Shown piece after piece: positions 27,936-39,000 of a stretch of DNA of 64,000 nt (position 1 is its first letter; every line of letters starts with the position of its first letter). Location of the stretch: positions 2,232,001 through 2,296,000 of the forward strand of contig CM120647.1 of the NCBI GenBank assembly GCA_051362555.1, written 5' to 3'. A model generated the notes under the pieces. That model was not told the origin of the DNA. It did no database searches and saw only the letters and a list, made by a program, of their open reading frames with translations. The translations under genes and the position numbers were made by a program. Source of the DNA: Lingula anatina (taxonomy: Eukaryota; Animalia; Brachiopoda).

Positions 27936-28880
27936 TTGCAGGTTTTCCAAATTTGTAAGTGCCATAAACTTTCGGGTGTGCATTACTCCATTATTGAAAA
28001 TAGTAATGGGCTGTATAAATAGTAATGGTTGAAAGCTGATCAAATAACTCGAGCTCTTTACCTCAGATGTTAGCAATCACCATTTTTATGGCTGCATCAC
28101 AAAAATCACAGCTTAATGCTTCTCAGTGTCATTATTCTAGTCAAAAAAGATCAATCAATGTATTTCACCAGTAGGCTTATAAATTCTAAACAAAACTCAA
28201 AAAGGACAACATTAACATGGATGCAATTACTGCCAAAAAATTCTCAATAATTTTTTTTTTTTTTTGCAATTACAAGAATTTCAGAGGGACTTGGCTCACA
28301 AATAGAACCTTTTCAGTATTCTCTTGAAGCTGTAAGAATGAAAGGCATCACTGTGGCTGTGGGCAGCCTACCAGATACATAGCTTACAGCAGCACATTAA
28401 CAACCATTTGGTTTTTAACCAGCAACTTGTCATCTTTAACTTATATGAACACATGTTATGACTTTAACATAAAGGATAATTTGTGGTCTTTACATCATGC
28501 GTGGTATGCAATGCATTGTTAAATAATGGCACAAGTCAACCCCACTATTTCTCATAAAATTGATTCGTGTCCTAATTGCAAGGCAGTGGTGTCATGGCTC
28601 TGTGGAAGACGTCACACATCGTAAAACATGCACAAGCACTTAATTGTGAGAAATTACACCCCACAACATTACTCAGAAATTAGTTGGGCAGTGGTGTTAC
28701 TCTAAGTGCTTTCTACTAAATTATTTTATCCAGACAGTAATGGCTACCTGTATATTTGTTCACCATGTCCCTGAGTGCTGCTACATCCTTGGATCTCCAC
28801 TCAGGATCCTCATTTAGCTCATTCTTAGCCTTGTCTTGGAGCTCTGGGGTCAGTGTACACTGGTACGGGGCGGTAGACAT
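11156..28880 (-). CDS. TTPAL: CRAL-TRIO/Sec14-like lipid-binding protein (alpha-tocopherol transfer protein-like; TTPA/TTPAL/clavesin/RLBP1 family), 7 coding exons, 307 aa
   Basis: Manual splice assembly: 28880-28748, 24152-23919, 22247-22171, 15113-14997, 14657-14547, 11870-11769, 11305-11156. All introns are GT-AG, phases are compatible, total 924 nt. Family motifs: RTDDAFLLRFLRARKFD, GRWDPD, DEETQVSG, PIRLKGIHYFNEP, ELMPEEYGG, C-terminal GTFKKLNVD. The symbol is family-level; orthology is not established. Confidence 0.93.
11520..11725. mobile_element. Palindromic MITE; related copy at ~55470-55625
   Basis: Long inverted arms (ggggagtctcactaaattgctatc...ggcttaaatgtctgtcac / gtgacagacatttaagcc...gatagcaattcagtgagactcccc). 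Confidence 0.75.
11769..11870 (-). CDS. CRAL-TRIO gene coding exon 6 (VNFHGDRKEELLDVFPKELMPEEYGGDQPPFNHK)
   Basis: tttcag| acceptor, AAG|gtacac donor, 102 nt. Confidence 0.93.
12267..14319. mobile_element. Non-autonomous Kolobok-like DNA transposon (2053 bp), TSD TGAA
   Basis: TIRs ggggcaatccgcagtatt / aataccacggattgaccc; tgaa at 12263-66 and 14320-23; subterminal ttacggacggaa motifs mostly forward on the left and inverted on the right; GG termini and a TTAA-like 4-bp TSD fit Kolobok. Confidence 0.8.
14547..14657 (-). CDS. CRAL-TRIO gene coding exon 5 (EGMPIRLKGIHYFNEPSFMGTIFEMIKPFMKEKIKKR)
   Basis: ttgcag| acceptor, |gtatgt donor, 111 nt. Confidence 0.93.
14997..15113 (-). CDS. CRAL-TRIO gene coding exon 4 (DEETQVSGLVVLVDAKGMTWNHGKHFNPFFAKKLMSIIQ)
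   Basis: gactag| acceptor, CAG|gtagga donor, 117 nt, phase 0-0. Confidence 0.92.
15175..17335 (+). mobile_element. Crypton (CryptonA/DUF3504-like tyrosine recombinase) element, decayed and 3'-truncated
   Basis: ORF 16538-17095 carries LNYWVSKFIVEVRKENGEEYPPNS and HFGLRGGQE; after a stop and frameshifts it continues YLRYTEDCSKT..GG..KEVVRH...PDRCHVHLFKRY; own introns (donors ~15733 and 17331, acceptor ~16501); left boundary approximate. Confidence 0.85.
16502..17330 (+). pseudogene. Crypton tyrosine recombinase main exon, disrupted
   Basis: Stop after GLRGGQE, then frameshifts; C-terminal catalytic H-x-x-R and Tyr region absent. Confidence 0.8.
17438..22075 (+). repeat. Satellite/minisatellite, 35-bp unit (GATATAATGGTAGACACAAGAAGGACACCCAGTCA) with a 39-bp variant, roughly 125-130 units
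   Basis: Direct inspection; highly homogeneous; lies in CRAL-TRIO intron 15114-22170. Confidence 0.98.
22171..22247 (-). CDS. CRAL-TRIO gene coding exon 3 (GRWDPDRYPVTDVMRTQLLNLEKIIQ)
   Basis: tttcag| acceptor, CAG|gtaagt donor, 77 nt; not in the ORF track. Confidence 0.92.
22998..23661 (+). repeat. Compound microsatellite: (CA)n blocks punctuated by CTGTACATAAA
   Basis: Direct inspection; source of the spurious CV-rich ORFs. Confidence 0.97.
23919..24152 (-). CDS. CRAL-TRIO gene coding exon 2 (GLKCRTDDAFLLRFLRARKFD...GRRIILLRI), CRAL-TRIO N domain
   Basis: ttcctcag| acceptor, |gtaagt donor, 234 nt, phase 1-1. Confidence 0.95.
24850..27383 (+). mobile_element. Helentron-associated (HINE/DINE-like) non-autonomous element with internal tandem repeats
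   Basis: ~160-bp units at 26661, 26821, 26980 and 27139 (core cgaacttgacctgcgtttt); (GACGGC)n; stem-loop tatgtacagacac-atct-gtgtctgtacata at 27348-27377 followed by an A-run; upstream ~300-bp degenerate units; 5' boundary approximate. Confidence 0.7.
28748..28880 (-). CDS. CRAL-TRIO gene coding exon 1 (MSTAPYQCTLTPELQDKAKNELNEDPEWRSKDVAALRDMVNKYT)
   Basis: ATG at 28880 (aagATG); upstream acceptor gtccag| at 28895; donor G|gtagcc, phase 1. Confidence 0.9.
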
Positions 28881-28935
28881 CTTGGCTCCTGATCCTGGAC
28901 AAATATGAATGTTACATAGTATCACTGAACATGAA

Positions 28936-28984
<49 letters not shown>

Positions 28985-29107
28985 GCAGGCCACATTCACA
29001 ACCAAGTTGATCCACAGTCAAACAGATCCACAAATCAGATATGGCCAACCCAACTGAAAGACTACCACTTAATCCCTGTGTAGTGGGAAATCTATTCAGT
29101 GTCTATA

Positions 29108-29220
29108 AGGAGATTGTGCAGCAAGCTTCCAAGTGGGTCATGTGGCAGTGTCTGGTCAGGTAACAGATCCTTGAATCAAATATGGCTGACCCACTTTGAA
29201 GCTTGCTGCACATTCCCCTA
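29108..29220. repeat. Inverted repeat / hairpin-forming element
   Basis: tgtgcagcaagcttccaagtgggtca ... tgacccactttgaagcttgctgcaca. Confidence 0.7.
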
Positions 29221-29993
29221 AAACAGTGATGGAGAGATTGACAGTGTTTGGGTCCAAACTTTTTAGATCACATTATTCAGATGACAATAATTCTAATTTC
29301 GTGCTCTCCAAATAAGAAATTATGCGAGTATAAATTAATACATGTAGCTGGTTCCACACCGAAAAAAAAAAAATTAATAATACCTACATGAAGCTTGTAC
29401 TTGTAGTTATCATGTGAATGCTCAGTTTTGTTTGTTGATGTTGGAAGTTAAAACATTATTTTGGTGTATCTTTTAAAATTATTTTGCGCACGGTAATCGT
29501 TTTATTTGACAGTTATTAGAAGAATACACATCTGAGATGTGCTCATGATCATTTTGGCAAAATAATTTATAAATACAATATTTCTGGACATGTATTTCTG
29601 CGTGTTTACCGATATATACATGTAGTAATAAAATAAACATTATATACTAGACTAGTACTGTTCAAAGCACTAGAGCTAAAAGACGTGAAATGAAAGAGCA
29701 TGACGAGCATACAGAACGCTGAGGCACGCCACACCGTATTAATGGAGTTTACAATCAAAAGGGTCAAATTCCGCTTTATCCGACCACACAGTTTACCCTT
29801 GCACTGGCTACCGGGGGAATGTAGAGGTAATTCATCACGTACTGTACAGCTAGTACGTGACGATTTAATATTGCTACTAAAACTTCTCTGACTTCAACAT
29901 ACAGTTTGCAAATTCACTCTTAGTTTAAGATTCAGGATCAGTAAATACTCTCTTGCAATGTAGATATTGTAAAACAATATTAACAGAACCTAC

Positions 29994-30150
29994 CTGAGCC
30001 ACCAATATTCACCTGGGAAATCTAAACAGGAAATGACCTTGCTAAAGGTCAGCTGGGGATATCTGTGGAACTAGGTCACCAGTGTCAGTCGCCCTATTTT
30101 TTTAATATTAAAATACAGACATCGATAAAGTACCGCAATCCACGTGTCAG
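29994..30150 (-). promoter_or_regulatory. Probable non-coding first exon and promoter of the CRAL-TRIO gene, with nuclear-receptor half sites
   Basis: Candidate donors CAG|gtagg (29993) and CAG|gtgaat (30012); TGACCT-n6-AGGTCA at 30034-30051; AACTAGGTCA at 30069-30078; CACGTG near 30141. Confidence 0.5.
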
Positions 30151-30220
30151 ATACAAGACTTGAAATTATGCAATAAAATATTGAATTAAGTCTTAATTTC
30201 ATAAGTGTTGTTTTGATGCT

Positions 30221-30278
30221 GTCTCAACCATGATTGTGACGGACTCTACAGATTTTACCAGATTGTGCTTGAGAAGAC
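30221..30278 (+). other. Dispersed 57-58 bp motif, copy A
   Basis: gtctcaaccatgattgtgacg...attgtgcttgagaagac; see findings. Confidence 0.85.
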
Positions 30279-30394
30279 CGGACGCGACTTTGAGGGGGGG
30301 GGGGGGGGGGGGGCAGGTGTCCCGTGTGATTTTTTTTAGATTAGATTTAAATATAGTCAAACTAAACTGTACAGTTGCCTGCAATTTATTTTAC

Positions 30395-30441
<47 letters not shown>

Positions 30442-33104
30442 GTGATATTAAAGGCCTACATGTGGCAAAATAGCTTTAATTTTCCTGTTTCCTTTAATTT
30501 GTAATACTCATTTTATTGTAAGTGCAATATCAATAGACACCTTTAGATAACCAAATCCTCTTTTTATTGTTGTATTTAACTAAACGCTCACTGCTGCAAT
30601 TAGATAGGGTGTGGTCAAGCGTTTATCGGCAGTGTTGATGCTTTTTAATTGGTGTTATATAGTGATCGCTTTATCTTAGTAAGACACTGATCAAAACTGG
30701 CATGGTTGACGAATATACTGTAGATTGTGAACTATAATCCAGAGCCAGAGTTTGTTTTTATTTATTTATTTATTTATTTATTTTTATTTAGAAGGTTACG
30801 AGGTTTCATTGAAGAAAGGCATTATTTCGCATCTTTACCGATAAAATCAGAAAAACCTTTTAAATCTATTTTTCATTTACGCAGCTGTTGTTAACACAGT
30901 CACCACGCTTTTTTTTTTTTAATGCAACAGAATTTCTTCCTCATAACATAGCGTGTACAATGCTTATTTCTGTACTAGACCTACATAAGCGGATAAGAAA
31001 AAAATTCATCGAACCCCCCTAAATAAAAAGCCATTGATAATGATGACATATTTCTTCAGTTTAAGAGTAAATGCCGTCAACCAACCTCTACAGCAAGTTA
31101 GCTAAAAACAAAATATATATTTTTTAAAGGAATAACAGACGCAGACAAAATAACTGGTCGACAGTTTTGTCATACTTGTAATTTAATGCCTTGAAATGAA
31201 CTCTGGACTTACTGGACTTTTCAGTGAAATAGCAACTATAAAAATGATGAATTCCATTTCATTAAAGTTCATAAGGTAGCAGGGGCGGATCCAGGATTAT
31301 TTGAAGGGGGGGTCCGGTTTTTTAGGAATGACAGGCCTCGGATGCGAAGCCGACCCTCGCCCCTCCTCCACCCCCCCACCCCACCCCCACCCCCACCCCC
31401 CTTGACGTGGGAACTATACGGCATTTCGGTACTGAGTTTACTTGTGAATGACCCTTAAATCGGGGCTTAAGTAAGCTCAGTATCTGTGGGTATTTCTAAG
31501 GGCAAATTTGGGACTAAGGAAGCCAAGATATGAAGTTGCCTCGTACACAGTTTTTCGATTGCAAGTCTTTTGGTTACGTAGGCCTACTACTAATATAATA
31601 ATAATAATAATTTTATTAACGTCTCACGTTTAAAAAAAATAAAACCCACCCTACTAAGGGTTATGAAAGACTAAAACCTGTAATACTGCATTTAAAGTTG
31701 ATAAAAGTTCATTAAAATTATTACTTATCAATAAAACACATAAAAATGATATTATAAATAAAACTGTTCAAACACTCTCTTTGTTGTTAGCTTTGCTTCT
31801 TTTCCACATCATTGCGTGTACTTATTACGCTGTATAAAATTGTATTTGGTCGTTTTTGCATAAGAAATATGCTTATGTACTAAAAGAGAGGAATGTCAAG
31901 ACTCGCCTACCGCCCCCGGCTGATAAACCGACTTTTCTCGATCTGAGCTCAAAACTACGGAAGATTTTACCTAATCTGGATTATAGAAAAAGTTAAATAT
32001 GTTTCTCTATATATGATAGATTAGAAAAAATTACCGAGAGAAAAAAGCTTCATTTTTAGCGTCACTTGCGGTATGAAACATTAATGTGCTGCACGTAGAA
32101 TATTAACTGCAAAAAGCATGCCAGGAAATCTATTATATTATAATATGCGCCTTCGAACAAAAACTTCAAAGAATGTGCTAGATGAGGCAAAGCAAAGATG
32201 CTGTTGTTAATGCTGAATTAATTTTGTTTTTACTTTAGAATAGAATAAAATAAATTATACGGCGTAGCATCCATTTTATATATAACGAAAAGATGATTTT
32301 TACCAATCTGATGAAATACAAATTAAAATATTGAACGAACAACTTCAATAAATTAAAACAAGAATTAAACCAACCCGACTTATTCCATTATTAGTTTTTA
32401 ATTTTCACACGTTATTGAAATCTGGAGTTTTTTTTTTTTCATACTTATGAAGTACTAACAATATATCGCACATTAAAGCACAAAATATTGTTAACGCATT
32501 GCATAAAATTGTTTTCAATTTTTATTTATTGGTTGCGTTATTTATTTAAAAACAACAGTTTTCACGAACGCTCCTGTCAATATACAGAGACGGGCTTCTT
32601 ATTGCCCCGGCCGTTTAAAAGGAACGAACAAAACCGGTAGTTTTAGATTTTACCTGGCCACTAACATCATTATCTCGGCATTTTTCTCTCCATGGCTCAT
32701 TATAAAAATTGACAAGGTTTTGGTTTTTTCACCAGTGTTTTTTTTTTTTTTTTTAATGATCCAAATATATTCACTGGATGTAAAAGAACATGAGTATGAT
32801 TAAAGTAATATGTTCAGTTCGTACACGAAGTTCCGATTTCGTACGAGCACCAAAGAAAGGATCATGGAGCAACAAACATTGACATCAACGTTAATTCATG
32901 TATAGTCATTTTACACCGTATCCAGAAAAAGAATGACAGCTGATTTTTAGTACAATTAAAAACGCCTGTGAAACAACCCGGGACTCTTTCACGTTGTTAA
33001 ATTTCAGTCCCTCGGTTGAAATAAAGAAGCCGGCGTTTTTTAACGCTGCAAAAAGAAAAGAAAAGAAAATGCCCCCTACCTCTAGAATGTTACGGCATGT
33101 ATTG

Positions 33105-33512
33105 TTATAGACAGGTATGAATCAAATTCAAACAGGCTAATTCAGCTTTGATGGAAGCTGTCAAGCGCACATGACTATGGATGACAGTTTTTATAACAAA
33201 CGTCAAACACAATTACTACTCTCTTCTCTCCGAACATGTAAAAAAAAACCTAAATCCTTTGATTGACAAGGTGTCAATCAAATTCATTAGTTTTGATAGC
33301 TGCTGTCAAGTAATAACAGCTTGATTGGCAGGTTATATAAACAAACGTCAATCACAATCATTACACAGTGGATTACTATAGTCGTCGAACACGTTTAGTT
33401 CAATCTTCTACACCCTTTGATTGACAAGGTGCCAATCAAATTCAGTTAGTTTTGATAGTTGCTGTCAAAAATAACAGCTTGATTGGCAGGTTATATAAAC
33501 AAACGTCAATCA
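33105..33512 (+). repeat. Three ~155-bp tandem units rich in TGATTGACAA/TGATTGGCAG
   Basis: 33255-33355 and 33413-33512 are nearly identical; 33105-33210 is a diverged unit. Confidence 0.8.
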
Positions 33513-34119
33513 TCGCGCACTGTGATTTCTCTTACTGTGAAACAGTGAGTACGCCAAAAGAGAGCGCTAAAATCTGAAGTTAGTAATTAAATTGCAAAAT
33601 ATTTCAAGAGCAAATGTGCAACATGTTTCCAAAACTAGTTCTCTTTTTGAACCCCTTCAACGTGTCTAGTACAACACTCTAGATTACAAACTATCGTGAA
33701 AAGGAGGATTTAGCAAAAGAAACCAATTTAAAAACAGATTCAAGTAAAGAAATATTTATTCTGGAGGTATAGCGCATGGGTCATTTCAAAATTAGTTCAA
33801 CTATGTACCCCAGTTTGTGCATGGAAGAAGGAAGAATAAATGTTTTTGCATTATGTGTGGAATATTGACAGGTTCTTTTACTGTCAAACACTTTCCGCAA
33901 ATTAATTGATTAATTAAACGATACTAATCCATCCTCATTAAAGGTGATATTCGTGTTGTGGTTGAAGTGGTTTTTGCGGGGCTAAATCTTAGCAAGGACC
34001 TGTGATAATAAGATACGTGGATGGGAAAGAAAAATATTACTGTTAACAAAAATATTACTATCCTATTTAACAAACAAACCGCTCTTGTAACTATTTGTTG
34101 GTTCATTTCACTGCATGCC

Positions 34120-34150
<31 letters not shown>

Positions 34151-34424
34151 ACACACACACCTCTAAATCGCCACTGGTTTATTATAACTCGCCAATCCGC
34201 CAGTCATTTCAAGCGGTCAATACACGTCTTCAACACATATCATAAATCACATTATTATTTGACATGCCAGTACAACACTTAAAGGACATTCAATTTTATC
34301 TCATATAAGAATTTAAAGCGATGCATGTATCTAATTTCCTCGAGAAATGATATTTTGACATAGGGGGCCCGGTCCATATGTAAAAACTACTTTTTATACG
34401 CGGTAATATTCTGACGTTTGTCTT

Positions 34425-34481
34425 GTCTCAACATGGTTGTGACGTCTTCTACAAAATTGATGGAAATGTGTTAGATGTGAC
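34425..34481 (+). other. Dispersed 57-58 bp motif, copy B
   Basis: gtctcaacatggttgtgacg...aatgtgttagatgtgac. Confidence 0.75.
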
Positions 34482-35308
34482 AAGCCGTTGGCCGCTGTAA
34501 ATGCATATTGTAGGCCATAATAACCGATTTTTAACCATTTACCTAAAATATCTTGTTAAAGGGTTTTTTTTAAAGCGCGTCTTTTTGATACTTCTGTTCC
34601 TCTTCTACTGATACGCATAGTTGAAAGTGTAATATATACGCATAGTATATTCCTTTAAGAAATTGTAATATAAAGTTTTTCATGAATCTCTCAAATGTAG
34701 TATGATTGTAAGGTATACTACCAAACACACAAGACACGGTGCATTTTTCACGTGTGTCCTACATGTACGACAAGACACCACACCACACATTTCTTCATTG
34801 CTTGCGACGTACGTCTTGAGCACGCACGTCTCACTTGCGATCTCCTTTCGAGAGGAGCAAGATACGCTTGCGCCTCGCTGTTCGCAGATTATTCGTAGAA
34901 TCTTTTGGACATGTCTAATATCCTCCGCACGTGCTTACGGGCTGTCTACGAACTCCAAATTTCGCAAAAAGGACTTGCGCGGCACGTGAGATTCTGCGAA
35001 AATTTGGACGCAAACAGGCCGTAAGAGCCCTTTAGAACTCGCTGGCCCAAATTAAAAGGTCTCGAATAATTATCAAAATTGGGTAAACTTTTGCAGATTA
35101 ATGTGATTTCGGAGGAGATGAAAGTCCTGGAATCATGATGAAGACAAACATTGAATATACTTGCTTCATCTTTGTAGTGCTTACATTTTATTTGTACCTC
35201 TGTCAGAATATTACTTCGTAGCTGCTAGAGAGAGAAGCTATTTCTACATAAAATTAAAACTGCAAATGAGCAAAAAGCTTAATTTTTTGTGAAAGAAAAG
35301 TTTTTTTT

Positions 35309-35350
<42 letters not shown>

Positions 35351-36050
35351 TGTGTGTAATCTGTGTCAACATTATATTATATAAGTCTTTATTTGCCTTA
35401 TTCTCTTACTGGTTATAACGAGATAATAAAGATGAAGATAAATGTTCAGTGACTCAATGATATACAAATAAAAATCATTAATCATCCGAGTTCATGAAAG
35501 CGAGATCTGCAGCAAAGAGAAAAAGCCGTCTCCAAGACATCAGGCCGCCCCCCCTCCCCACCCACTCCACAATACCCAGTAATCAGCACCAATTATACAT
35601 AGACTGTCTCATTTCCAGAGTTCAGAACTGATGACGGTCAAAATCTGGTATTTGGATTAATTTCCTTTCATGCAGAAAACCTGATTATAATCTTTGGTTT
35701 GAATGAATAGCAATAAAAAGAACTGAGTGAAACCATTTCTGGCAATCAAGTTAACATTCGTAGCTGCTACATCAGTCTTTGAAGCTGAAAGGATATGAAT
35801 ATTTTATGCGTTTTTTTATTATGGTCATCTAATTTGCATCAGTACTTGAATTACACGTAATCCACAAAAGGAGACCTAACGACAGAAGTCCAGTAACAGA
35901 CACACCCTTCCTCGTCTTAATACATGTATCTACACATTAATTGGGCCACAGAGGGCAGCACTGGGAAAGTCCGATGCGTTTATTTTTAACGTAAAATAGA
36001 TAAAATAAGAAATATTAAACGAACAATTATTTTGAGGAAATTTAATTTTT

Positions 36051-36087
36051 ATCCCCGAAGAAGGCCCTGGGGCCGAAAGCTCGGATT
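36051..36087 (+). ncRNA. Degenerate minimal type I hammerhead-like motif (Penelope-like relic)
   Basis: atcc-c-CCGAAGA-a-ggcc-ctgg-ggcc-GAAA-gc-tc-ggat; the core reads CCGAAGA rather than CUGANGA. Confidence 0.45.
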
Positions 36088-39000
36088 GTATTTTACAACT
36101 GTAATGTAGATCTTCAAAGGTGTATCAATATATATACGTATCGATACATGTTTGTTTTTACGTCTGAAATTTATTTTTCTTTGTTAGATTGTCATACAGA
36201 GTTTAATATTCGTCGACACATACATAACCTTTGTTTTTAATAACTGTTGGCTGCTTTCAACTTATGGTGAGTCAACACCTATTTGTCTTACTTTATATTA
36301 GGTTACAATTAAATAGAAACGGGACAAAAGATGGAAGTTGTCTTCAAACTATTTGTAAAAAATTACCACGTGATACATTAAATTAGAATTTTGACTAGCT
36401 GAATCATAATTCTAAACCGTATCAAATGGCACCGTTCGCTCCCTAAAATAACTAAAAATTTTCGGGCCTCTTCAGCGGGCCCCGAACCCCACGTCAAGAT
36501 TTGAGGGGGAGGGGGCTTCGCATCCGCGGACCCCCCCCCCCCCTTCAAACAATCTTGGATCCGCCCCTAGGTGCAACTACATAGTAAAAGTAGGTGCCCA
36601 AAATTAAGTTTAGTTAGCTTGTGACCTACCCTAAATGAATGGCTTAATTTTTGGCCCACCTCTTTTAGTAGACAAAAAAAAAAAAAAAAAAAAAATGTGC
36701 CCCCCCCACACACACACACACGCACACACTTTCTCCACACCCACCCCGTACTTTATGATGATCATCATCTTTAACCCGATCCTCCGCATATCGAAGATTG
36801 TCGCCACACTCCATGGACCAAGCCCCTCTACTTCTTTCTATCAACTGCCATCCTCGTGACCTCTGTTAAACTTTTTCTTGTCCATTTGTATGTTGATTTT
36901 TCATCCAAACCTTGGCCCTCCACGTTTTCTCTTTATTGGGATGCTTAGAAATGCTGATGTAAACAACTAATTTTTCCAATGACAACTTTATGATCAGTCC
37001 ATCAACAAAGATATAGAGCAATTACTTTTTATAAGCACCTCAATATTAGGAATCGTTCATTCATAAAAAGGAAAAAGGATACAGAATAGATATAAGTAAA
37101 GTAACAGTGTGTAGAGGGTAAACGTTGTCTGGATAGGGTATACATGTACAACACATTGGGGGGTGGGGGGGGGGCGTACTCACAAGACCTTCTGGCTGTT
37201 ACTAAATTCATCCCAGGAGCGAGTCGAGCATTGGTTCGTAATTAGAAAAAAAAAACTCTCGAGGAATATATAATTTGGTAGCTTCAATTATATTTTACAT
37301 TTATCAATATTGATTTAATATCAAAATATAGATTAATCAAGATCACCACCTTTGAAATCTCTGGTTTGAGCATCACTTCCTGTCAGCTTTATTACTAAAG
37401 ACAATCTAATTTGCATATAAGAGAAAAAAGGCGTTTTTATCTTGTGATTGGTTCTTTACATATTTTTTCATTATTTTCAAAAAGCAATGTTCCTTTTTTA
37501 CTGACACATTTATAAATATTTTATTAACATGTGTAATTTATTAATTATATAATCATAAAAAAGACACATTCCAGACGTGCATGACGTAATCTCTCCCAAG
37601 TCATAAAAGTAGTAAAATAGCGCTGACTGGTGAAGTAGGTCAATTGCCTGTGTTATTCTCCCATACGATTATTGATTTTTTTCTAACATGGAACATTTTA
37701 GGGGGAGGATGAAGAGAGAGAGAGTTCAAATAACCAAAAATATTTGGAATGCCTAGAATAACTGAAAGCAGAATATACTGCAAATTTAAGAAAGGCTAAT
37801 AAATAAAATCCATTCATTCAATTTCAGTGAGTACAATTTTATAGATATTATGAGATCTTTGTATTTCATCTGCCTCTCCCTAAAATGGCGCTGACCGCGT
37901 TAACTCTTCCGCTCCCGGGAAACGCAGAGAATCCAGCGCCTAGTGGCAGCATGAGACCCGACAACGATAGTGGATATACATACACAGTAGCTGGGGTGGG
38001 TTAGGAGGGGGTTAAACCTCCCCCCCCCCCCCCCAACACACACATTTCCAACCACGTCAGTATTCAGCGGAGAGAGTGTGGTGGACTAACATTATATACT
38101 TTCCCTCAGCTCGAGGAAGACAGTACCAAGGACACTCAGGTAAACTGATTAGAGATGTGGTCAGCAGTGAACTGGATGCAGTGGTCAGTGTCACTGTCAG
38201 TGGGTTATATTGATATTATTATATAAATCTATTTGGTATCAATGCTATGTTTATCAATATCTTTCTGGGATCAGGCATGGAATTTCTGTTATGTCTAAAA
38301 GTTCGCTCTGGGACTCTGTGCAGATAGGATGTAAAAATCAGTGTGCGGAGAGGAATAGAAAAACTTTTTCTCACTGAACTACTTTTTCATGTTTTGAAAG
38401 CAACATATTTTATTCTAAGTCGGCAGAACTGTTTACTTTTGAAATGCATTCTTTAATTTGCCGGAAAAAATAATCAAAATTTTAACCAGTACACTAACAC
38501 ATGTAGCTGTATTGTCACATGCCTGTGGACAGTGTCCAGGTAGATAGCCACAGTTAACATCTGATGACAGCATCCAGGTCTTGGAATAGTAATTAAGGAA
38601 AATGTGACATGATTATTTTTAAATGTTTTGATGTAGGAATATCATTTTCTTTGCGTTGGTTATCCTACACATGTACACATTGTATTTTATTGAAAAGAAA
38701 AACTTTGATTTCTTCTAAAGAGAACTTAAATATGACCTTGTTTGATTTATATTTATAGCTGTATCAACAAAAAATTTGTAAATGGAGAAGTTAGCTGCAT
38801 TAAAAAAAATAATATAATTGTTTAGATAAATGTTTTTTTAATTCAGTTACTTAATTTTCAGGAAGTTGACTCTAGATGGCAGCGTTGATGTTTGTGACAA
38901 AACGATAGATGCAGATGAATGTATTGAATTTTCTCTCCAAAAGGGGGTGAGTAATCTAAAAATAATGTCTTATTTTCAGTAAATTGTAATAGATTTTATT

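Larger units (their letters stand above)
31281..36568. mobile_element. Large (~5.3 kb) non-autonomous TIR DNA transposon
   Basis: TIRs aggggcggatccaggattatttgaaggggg / cccccttcaaacaatcttggatccgcccct, plus inverted subterminal matches (cggatgcgaagcc, cttgacgtggg); no transposase ORF; TSD unclear; could be two independent end fragments. Confidence 0.6.
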
